Below are positions 56,938 through 64,000 of a stretch of DNA of 64,000 nucleotides, piece by piece. The notes beneath the pieces were generated by a model. The model made no database searches and was not told the origin of the DNA. It saw nothing but the letters and a program-made list of their open reading frames with translations. The first letter of the stretch is position 1; each line of letters opens with the position of its first letter. This DNA comes from an uncultured Bdellovibrionales bacterium (GTDB lineage Bacteria; Patescibacteriota; Minisyncoccia; Moranbacterales; UBA1568), in contig CAZUWR010000002.1 in the NCBI GenBank assembly GCA_964624415.1, positions 76,454 to 140,453 of the forward strand. Reading direction: 5' to 3'. Position numbers and translations under genes: made by a program.

Positions 56938-57717
56938 TCAAATGGGAGGTGACTTTTCCGGAAGGAGCCCTTCGATATACGCTTCCGTATCCGACATATC
57001 GCCGTTATGGGCATTATCGATTGCCTTTTTGATGTTTTCGATACAGGCGGTTTCTACAGAAGCTTCTTTCACCAATTGACTCAGCTTACCGCTATGATTA
57101 TCAAGAAATTCCTCAAGAAAGGATATATCCGTTTCTGGTGGAAGGTTTTGCTTCGCTAACTCAATAACGGATCGAGTCGTGGTAGTTGTAGCATATTCCA
57201 CATCCCGTTGTTTCACGCGTTCTTCTAATGACTCCGCTTTGGATTGAAGAAGACTTTCCAAAACATTCAACACTGCATTCCGATTGTCAGGTCGCACGCG
57301 AAGCATATCCAGAAGATGATTGATAGTAAAGGTATCGTGAGTGGCTGCGTACAGTGCTTCCTCGTAGTACTTGTTGAAGAGGTTTCGTTGATACTTATCC
57401 ATGAACTTCTGATAGAATTTCGGCCGCCAGTAGCGAAACAGTATATCCAAGCAAGGAACAAGTTCCGGTTCAGGCAGTGCTGATGCTTGCGGCGCATAGG
57501 TTAAAAGCTTTTTTGGTCTGAAATAGATGTCGCTTGCCACAAAACAAATCGGCACACATAAAGCTAGAAGACTACCGGCAAGCATGTTAGTGGATACTAC
57601 GAAAGCAGACCAGATCATTCCGAAGATGATGAAAAATAATATCAACACGAGAAAACTTCGTATGAAGTAGCCCATATCGAACGGTGGGCGTGTTGCGGGG
57701 TGAGCGTATGTATTCAT
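56938..57717 (-). CDS. Hypothetical protein, 2 TM + helical domain
   Basis: 259-aa ORF, GAGGT SD, own terminator. Confidence 0.65.
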   Translation of the reverse strand: MNTYAHPATRPPFDMGYFIRSFLVLILFFIIFGMIWSAFVVSTNMLAGSLLALCVPICFVASDIYFRPKKLLTYAPQASALPEPELVPCLDILFRYWRPKFYQKFMDKYQRNLFNKYYEEALYAATHDTFTINHLLDMLRVRPDNRNAVLNVLESLLQSKAESLEERVKQRDVEYATTTTTRSVIELAKQNLPPETDISFLEEFLDNHSGKLSQLVKEASVETACIENIKKAIDNAHNGDMSDTEAYIEGLLPEKSPPI

Positions 57718-57862
57718 GAGAGATACCTCGTGGGAGTAGTTGAGATTGAGACGAAGTTGTTAAGTTACCGCATTGGCCGGCCTGGAAAAAATATGACGTT
57801 TCCGAGAGCTTTATGCCAATACGCCACTGTATCGCAGTGAATGAGTTTTGTCAATGAAATCT

Positions 57863-57892
57863 TTGACATATCGGGAAAAAACCCGCTATAAT
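57863..57892 (+). promoter_or_regulatory. Sigma70 promoter of glyQS (TTGACA-18-TATAAT)
   Basis: Consensus hexamers. Confidence 0.7.
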
Positions 57893-57921
57893 AGGGTATA
57901 AGCTATTCTATATACATCCCT

Positions 57922-59340
57922 ATGAAAGAGACCGTAACCGTAACCGTAACCGAAACCGCCATGGAAAAAATCGTCTCTTTGTGCAAGCGGCGCGGGTTCG
58001 TGTTTCCTTCTTCGGAAATCTACGGGGGACTCGGCGGAATCTACGATTACGGGCACTACGGCACGCTTCTGAAAAACAATATCCGCGATGCTTGGTGGAA
58101 GGCTATGGTGCAGTTGCGCGATGATGTGATCGGTCTGGACAGCGCTATCTTTATGCATCCGAAAGCATGGGTGGCATCGGGACATGTCGAGACATTCAAT
58201 GATCCGCAGGTGGACTGCCGAAAATGTAAGAATCGCTTCCGTGCCGACCATCTCTTGGAGGAGTTCGGTATTGAAGCGGATAAACAGCCGCTCGAGTTCA
58301 TCAATGCACAATTGGATGTATTGAAAAAAGAGAGAAAGCTCAAGTGCCCTCACTGCGGCGCGGAGGATTTCACTCCGGCCAAAGTCTTTTCGCTGATGGT
58401 TAAGTCTAATATCGGTTCCCCGACGGACGCCTTGTCCGAAGACACAGTAGTGTATCTGCGACCGGAAACCTGCGGGGGCATTTATTTGGAATACAAAAAC
58501 ACCGTAGACTCGACGCGCGTCAAAATCCCGTTCGGTATCGCGCAGGTCGGCAAAGCTTTCCGCAATGAAATCGTGGCGAAGCAATTCGTCTTCCGTACAC
58601 GCGAATTTGAGCAATTGGAGATGCAGTACTTTCATCACTCTTCGCAAACGAAAGAGAAGTATGAAGAGTGGAAAGAAGCGCGGTGGCGGTGGTATGCCGA
58701 TATGGGGGTGGATATGAGCCGCTTGCGATGGTTCAAACACCTCAAATTGGCGCACTATGCCAGCGAGGCGTACGATATCGAATTCGATTTCAAATCCTTG
58801 GGAGGCTTCAAGGAAGTGGAGGGTATCCATGCGCGCGGGGATTGGGATCTGTCCCAGCACGCGAAGTTTTCCGGCAAAGATCTCTCGTATTTCGACGACA
58901 AAACCGGCGAGCGATACATCCCGCATATTATGGAAACATCCGCGGGACTTTCGAGACTATTTCTGCTGTTTATTGATCAGGCCTATATCGAAGAGACTCT
59001 GGCAAACGGCGATGTCCGCACTGTCATGAAATTCCCGAAAAAGCTGGCGCCGGTCAAAGTGGCCGTCTTTCCTTTACTGAAAAACAAGCCGGAATTGGTG
59101 GGGAAAGCGCGCGAGATTTTCGATACGCTCAAAGCGGACTTTCAGTGTGAGTTCGACGACAATGGCAATGTGGGCAAGCGCTATCGAAGGCAGGACGAGA
59201 TCGGCACACCATACTGTGTGACCGTGGATTTTGAGAGTCTCGAAGACGGAGCGGTGACCGTCCGCGACCGGGATACGATGGCACAGGAGCGAGTGAAGAT
59301 TGATGAACTTCCGGGATATTTTAGCGCTAAGTTGAAATAG
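57922..59340 (+). CDS. glyQS: Glycine--tRNA ligase, dimeric type
   Basis: LCKRRGF, EIYGG, YLRPET, FRTREFEQLE, GKRYRRQDEIGTP; start 57922 or 57961. Confidence 0.97.
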   Translation: MKETVTVTVTETAMEKIVSLCKRRGFVFPSSEIYGGLGGIYDYGHYGTLLKNNIRDAWWKAMVQLRDDVIGLDSAIFMHPKAWVASGHVETFNDPQVDCRKCKNRFRADHLLEEFGIEADKQPLEFINAQLDVLKKERKLKCPHCGAEDFTPAKVFSLMVKSNIGSPTDALSEDTVVYLRPETCGGIYLEYKNTVDSTRVKIPFGIAQVGKAFRNEIVAKQFVFRTREFEQLEMQYFHHSSQTKEKYEEWKEARWRWYADMGVDMSRLRWFKHLKLAHYASEAYDIEFDFKSLGGFKEVEGIHARGDWDLSQHAKFSGKDLSYFDDKTGERYIPHIMETSAGLSRLFLLFIDQAYIEETLANGDVRTVMKFPKKLAPVKVAVFPLLKNKPELVGKAREIFDTLKADFQCEFDDNGNVGKRYRRQDEIGTPYCVTVDFESLEDGAVTVRDRDTMAQERVKIDELPGYFSAKLK

Positions 59341-59422
59341 CGGATTGGGGATTGTGAGATCAGGACGGATAATTAAGATACAGGAAACGCCAAGCAGTAT
59401 TGATTGATAACTGAAGTATTTT

Positions 59423-60691
59423 ATGCACTACGAAAAAATAACGCTGAAAAACGGATTGCGGGTGATACTGGCTCCGATGAAGGAAACACAGACGATGACG
59501 GTGCTTATGATGATCGGCACCGGTTCGCGCTATGAGACACGCAAACAAAACGGCCTCTCTCATTTTCTCGAGCATATGTTCTTCAAGGGCACAAAAAAGC
59601 GCCCGACCTCACTGTCTATTTCCGAGGAGCTCGACGCTGTCGGTGGGGATTACAATGCTTACACCGCCAAGGATCGCACCGGGTACTATGCTAAAGTAGA
59701 TGCCAAACACGGCGATATTGCGCTGGATGTGGTGAGTGATATTTTCCTTCACTCAAAAATCGATCAAGAGGAGATTGATCGCGAGCGCGGTGCGATACTG
59801 CAGGAACTGGCAATGTATGAGGATACGCCCCGGCGCAAGGTAGGAGATGTATTTGAGGAGCTTTTGTACGGGGATACGCCGCTGGGGTGGGATATTATCG
59901 GTACCAAAGAAAATATCCGCACTTTCAAGCGCGCTGATTTCATAAAGTACCTCGATCAGCATTATATTGCTTCCAATGTCGTCATTGGCGTGGCGGGAAA
60001 ATTCAACGCGGAAAAAATGAAACAAGATATCACGAAGGCATTTAAAGATATTCGTGTCGGCAAAAAATATGAAGCTAAGCTGATGAAGGAAAAGCAAATC
60101 AAGCCGGCACTTTTGGTGAAACATAAAAAAACCGATCAGACGCAGCTCATACTCGGGGTGCGCGCATTTGATTTTCATCATCCGGATCGCTATGCTTTAT
60201 CGGTATTGGCTACCATTTTGGGCGGTAATATGTCGAGCCGACTGTTTATCGCGGTGCGCGAGCGCAAGGGCTTGGCCTACAATGTGAGCACCTTTTCGGA
60301 CACGATGTCGGATGTAGGGTATCTGGCGACGCAGTGCGGGGTGGAACACAAGAATCTGGAGGAAACCATCACCACGGTACTCGAAGAATATAAGTTGATT
60401 AGTCAAGTATTGGTGCCGGACAAGGAACTTTCGAAAGCGAAGGAATATATCAAAGGAAGCGCGGTGATGCACCTGGAGTCTTCTGATGAGGTGGTGTCGT
60501 ATCTGGTGGATCAGGAGTTGACCAAGGGAAAAATACGGCTTCCTGAAGAGGTATTCGCTGCTATCGACGCTGTGACGGCGCAGGATGTGCAGCGCGTCGC
60601 GCAGGCCATCTTCACCGAGAAGAAACTCAACCTCGCCATCATAGGACCGCACAAGCAGACAAAAAAACTCGAGGGGTTATTGAAATTGTAA
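59423..60691 (+). CDS. M16 (pitrilysin) family peptidase
   Basis: HFLEH inverted zinc motif, NAYT, SSRLF..VRE.KGLAY. Confidence 0.95.
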   Translation: MHYEKITLKNGLRVILAPMKETQTMTVLMMIGTGSRYETRKQNGLSHFLEHMFFKGTKKRPTSLSISEELDAVGGDYNAYTAKDRTGYYAKVDAKHGDIALDVVSDIFLHSKIDQEEIDRERGAILQELAMYEDTPRRKVGDVFEELLYGDTPLGWDIIGTKENIRTFKRADFIKYLDQHYIASNVVIGVAGKFNAEKMKQDITKAFKDIRVGKKYEAKLMKEKQIKPALLVKHKKTDQTQLILGVRAFDFHHPDRYALSVLATILGGNMSSRLFIAVRERKGLAYNVSTFSDTMSDVGYLATQCGVEHKNLEETITTVLEEYKLISQVLVPDKELSKAKEYIKGSAVMHLESSDEVVSYLVDQELTKGKIRLPEEVFAAIDAVTAQDVQRVAQAIFTEKKLNLAIIGPHKQTKKLEGLLKL

Positions 60692-60742
60692 GCGAAGAGT
60701 AAGGATAGAAACCTGATTCAAAATTCTTGATTCTTAAAATAT

Positions 60743-61756
60743 ATGAACACCAATCAGCAGATTGAAGTCGGTACCAAATTGCTCCTGCGAGCAGCCCTTA
60801 TTTTTTTGGGCCTCGCGTTTCTGTATATGATTCGGGACATCATTGTCCTGACCTTCCTCGCTATCGTGGTGTCGGCTTCGCTTTCGCCGATCGTCAGATG
60901 GCTCCATCAGCGGAAAATACCCAGAGCCAGCGCGGTGGTATCGGTCTATGTGGCGGTCTTGGTCGTTATCGGACTCTTGATCGCGTTGATTGTTCCGCCG
61001 TTTGTCGCCCAAATCGGTGAGTTTGTGGATAACATTCCGGGTTATGTGGATAAAGTATCGCAGATGCTGTGGTATTTTGACACCCATTACTTCAGTTTCG
61101 ATCGAGCGGCCTTTATCAAGAATGTCGAAGGCGGTTTCACCGGTTCTGTTTCCGGTATTTTTTCTACCACCATTGGCTTATTCTCAGGACTCATCTCCTT
61201 TATCGTTTTTTTCTTCCTCTCCCTGTATATGTCTTTGGAGGAAAATGGCATCGAGAAGTTCCTCGTCTCCCTGACACCGCAGCAGTACAAAGAATATGTA
61301 AAGACGCTGGCCACGCGCACGCAGAAAAAAATAAGTCACTGGCTGCTCGGGCAATTCGTGTTGATGCTGACGGTTTTCGTGATGTATTTCATCGGGCTTT
61401 CGATCCTGCATGTGCCGTATGCTTTGCTCCTGGCCACGCTGGGCGGGGCGTTTGAAATTATCCCTTATGTCGGGCCGATTATCGCGGCGATTCCAGCAGT
61501 TGTGATGGGCTTTCTTGTGTCGCCGATACTGGGTCTTTCGACTCTGATATTCTATACCGTAGCTCATCAGGTAGAGAGTCATATCATCACCCCACAGGTG
61601 ATGAAGCGTGCTGTCGGGGTCAATCCTGTCGCTATCATCCTCTCGATTCTTATTGGGGCGAAGCTCGGGGGATTGCTTGGCATCATCCTCGCCGTGCCCG
61701 CCGCCGCCGTCATCGGGATTTTCGTGGAGGATTTTTTGGAGAAGCGGAAAAATTGA
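60743..61756 (+). CDS. AI-2E family transporter
   Basis: IIPYVGP, HQVESHIITP, GLLGIILAVP. Confidence 0.9.
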   Translation: MNTNQQIEVGTKLLLRAALIFLGLAFLYMIRDIIVLTFLAIVVSASLSPIVRWLHQRKIPRASAVVSVYVAVLVVIGLLIALIVPPFVAQIGEFVDNIPGYVDKVSQMLWYFDTHYFSFDRAAFIKNVEGGFTGSVSGIFSTTIGLFSGLISFIVFFFLSLYMSLEENGIEKFLVSLTPQQYKEYVKTLATRTQKKISHWLLGQFVLMLTVFVMYFIGLSILHVPYALLLATLGGAFEIIPYVGPIIAAIPAVVMGFLVSPILGLSTLIFYTVAHQVESHIITPQVMKRAVGVNPVAIILSILIGAKLGGLLGIILAVPAAAVIGIFVEDFLEKRKN

Positions 61757-61764
61757 TGCTAAAG

Positions 61765-61852
61765 AATAACCAATCACCAAAATCCAATAACCAATTTTTA
61801 AAATCTTGACGGTAGGATGTTTTGATGATTGGATTTTGGTTATTGGTGATTA
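61765..61852. repeat. Inverted degenerate 7-8-mer (ccaataa/ttattgg) element
   Basis: aataaccaatcaccaaaatccaataacca ... tgattggattttggttattggtgatt. Confidence 0.65.
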
Positions 61853-61862
61853 TGAAATAGGT

Positions 61863-62546
61863 ATGTCTAATAATGAAAAACAAGGTATTTTGTATATCGT
61901 AGCGACCCCCATCGGCAATATGGAGGACTTGACCCTGCGCGCTCTGCGGGTACTTCAGGAGGCAGATATGATTGTGTGCGAGGATACGCGCGTGGCGAAA
62001 AAATTGCTGTTTCGCTATGAAATCCACAAGACGCTCTTGGCCATTCCGCAACACAGCGCGACGGACAAAATCGCGCGCGTAATCGAGAAATTGAAACAAG
62101 GATTGGATGTGGCGCTCATCACCGATGCCGGTACCCCAGGGATGTCCGACCCGGGCAACGAGGTGGTGGCGCAGGTGACGGCTGCCGGATGCATCGTCTC
62201 GCCCGTTCCGGGAGCCTCGGCGCTTGGCGCGATTGTGTCGGTAGCGGGCATCAATCTACAGGAATTTCTTTTCAAGGGATTTCCGCCACACAAAAAAGGC
62301 CGGCAGACGTATTTTACGGAAGTGGCGGCCTCGAGTGTGCCGGTCATTTACTATGAGTCGCCGTACCGCGTGCTGAAGAGTTTTGAGATGCTGCGGGAAA
62401 TGGCGCCGGAGAAAAAGCTGATCGTCGGGCGCGAACTGACGAAGATGTTTGAGGAAATCGTGCGCGGCACAGCCTCGGAAGTGCTAGCACATTACGCGGC
62501 TCATCCCGGTAAGGTGAAAGGGGAGTTTGTGGTTATTGTATATTGA
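61863..62546 (+). CDS. rsmI: 16S rRNA (cytidine1402-2'-O)-methyltransferase
   Basis: LYIVATPIGNMED, CEDTR, DAGTPGMSDPG, YESPYR, RELTK. Confidence 0.97.
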   Translation: MSNNEKQGILYIVATPIGNMEDLTLRALRVLQEADMIVCEDTRVAKKLLFRYEIHKTLLAIPQHSATDKIARVIEKLKQGLDVALITDAGTPGMSDPGNEVVAQVTAAGCIVSPVPGASALGAIVSVAGINLQEFLFKGFPPHKKGRQTYFTEVAASSVPVIYYESPYRVLKSFEMLREMAPEKKLIVGRELTKMFEEIVRGTASEVLAHYAAHPGKVKGEFVVIVY

Positions 62547-62633
62547 GGAGTATATAATTTCCTTACGAAAAAGATTTTTGAAAATAAAAACAGAGCCCGG
62601 GGTTTTCCCAAGGCTCGTTTGAAGCGGATGTCT

Positions 62634-63056
62634 TTATAGTGGAATAGAAGCATTTTGCATTGTTTCAAAAAATAAAAGGACTTCTTCGGGAGTTTCTTCC
62701 CATTTTTTTATGGCGCGACCTCCTTGGGGACATCCTGGACAAAGACGCGTAATAAACGGAGTGTCTTTTAAACAGAAGAATACTGGGTATATCATTCCTC
62801 CTGAATCTAAAGCTACAATGCGAGTTCCTTTTGGAATAAGGAAACCAAGGTATTCTGATGAATAAAAATCACGCGGAGCGTAAATATCCATCGTTACGAA
62901 TCGTTTCATGCCTGGGTTGTTGATATGAGGACTGTCAGGCTCTTTAAGTTCTTGCACCTCTTCACTTGAAGGAGTCTGCAAAATCGCTTGCAAGAAAGGA
63001 AGTTCTGACCGACTTAATTCGTTAGGCTTTGAGGGGCGGGTATCTGTGTATAGCAT
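62634..63056 (-). CDS. Hypothetical protein
   Basis: AT-rich ORF, CGAGGA SD, own promoter and terminator. Confidence 0.6.
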   Translation of the reverse strand: MLYTDTRPSKPNELSRSELPFLQAILQTPSSEEVQELKEPDSPHINNPGMKRFVTMDIYAPRDFYSSEYLGFLIPKGTRIVALDSGGMIYPVFFCLKDTPFITRLCPGCPQGGRAIKKWEETPEEVLLFFETMQNASIPL

Positions 63057-63132
63057 GGTTCTATCCTCGAGTTGTTAATTTGCAAAATTGCCTCATTTGA
63101 GGCTATACTCTATATATACCTAATTTTACCTT

Positions 63133-64000
63133 ATGTCAAGATTCTACATCACCACCACCCTGCCGTATGTCAATGCCAAGCCCCATATCGGTTTCGCTTT
63201 GGAAATCGTCGAGGCGGACGCTATCGCGCGGTTTCATCGATCTTTGGCTGAGGAAGTCATCTTTAATACCGGGGTGGACGAGCATGGCACCAAAATCTAT
63301 GAAAAGGCCCTGGAGGCCGGAAAAACACCGCAGTCCTACTGTGATGAAATGGCGGCGCATTTTATGGATCCGTGGAAGCAGCTCGGTATCAGCTATACGC
63401 ATTTTATTCGCACGACTGACGCTCATCACATTGCTTCGGCGCAGGAGTTTTGGAAGCGTTGTGAGGCGTCCGGCGATATTTATAAGAAGCAGTATAAGAT
63501 CAAATACTGCGTCGGTTGCGAATTGGAAAAAACCGATTCCGATCTGGTAGACGGCAAGTGTCCGGATCATCCGAAAACGGAGCTTCAGATTATCGAGGAG
63601 GAAAACTACTTTTTTCGTTTTTCAAACTATCAAGAACGGTTGCTGAAACTCTATACTGATCGACCGGATTTCGTATTGCCCAAGAAACGACTGAATGAGA
63701 TTACGGCGTTTGTCGAGCGAGGACTGCAGGATTTCAGTATCTCGCGGCTGAAGGCTAAGATGCCCTGGGGCGTGCCTGTACCAGGGGATGATGAGCATGT
63801 GATGTATGTATGGTTTGATGCGCTCGTGAACTATATTTCCACTTTGGGTTGGGGAAGTAGCGATGAAGGCGCCTTTGAAAAATTTTGGCCGGGAGTGCAG
63901 ATATGCGGCAAAGACAATTTGCGCCAGCAATCGGCGATGTGGCAGGCGATGCTTTTTTCGGCGGGCATCGAGCCTTCGAAACAGATCCTTGTGAATGGGT
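63133..64000 (+). CDS. metG: Methionine--tRNA ligase (partial, continues beyond window)
   Basis: MSRFYITTTLPYVNAKPHIG, GVDEHG, FIRTT, YVWFDAL, GKD. Confidence 0.97.
   Translation, partial: MSRFYITTTLPYVNAKPHIGFALEIVEADAIARFHRSLAEEVIFNTGVDEHGTKIYEKALEAGKTPQSYCDEMAAHFMDPWKQLGISYTHFIRTTDAHHIASAQEFWKRCEASGDIYKKQYKIKYCVGCELEKTDSDLVDGKCPDHPKTELQIIEEENYFFRFSNYQERLLKLYTDRPDFVLPKKRLNEITAFVERGLQDFSISRLKAKMPWGVPVPGDDEHVMYVWFDALVNYISTLGWGSSDEGAFEKFWPGVQICGKDNLRQQSAMWQAMLFSAGIEPSKQILVNG

Overview
Chromosomal segment of a small-genome bacterium, most likely Patescibacteria/CPR (Parcubacteria-like). This is inferred from the gene inventory: dimeric GlyRS, type-2 IleRS, short ArgRS, FemABX, DUF3048, and core genes mostly lacking SD sequences. 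It spans the replication origin (jag-yidC-rnpA-rpmH <- oriC -> dnaA-dnaN-dciA). It also holds a polysaccharide cluster and genes for cell wall, DNA repair and translation (rpsT, rplT-rpmI-infC, smpB+tmRNA, argS, ileS, glyQS, partial metG, tRNA-Ser). No integrase, transposase, CRISPR or prophage genes were recognised. The most unusual signals are non-coding. (1) A family of five ~115-bp branched palindromic elements with a conserved core but copy-specific self-complementary arms, four of them within ~5 kb of oriC, plus a second family of the same design. (2) A 133-bp MITE with TWA target duplications. (3) Degenerate heptamer repeats inserted in frame into essential genes. (4) An ileS T-box with an ultrashort Stem I (AUC specifier in the terminal loop), a transcription terminator, a REP-like insertion and an interposed NUDIX gene. 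(5) Two promoter-defined, ORF-less hairpin RNAs. (6) A pyrF cassette flanked by a duplicated tgt 3' end, and many self-contained AT-rich solo genes. All calls were made by eye without database searches.
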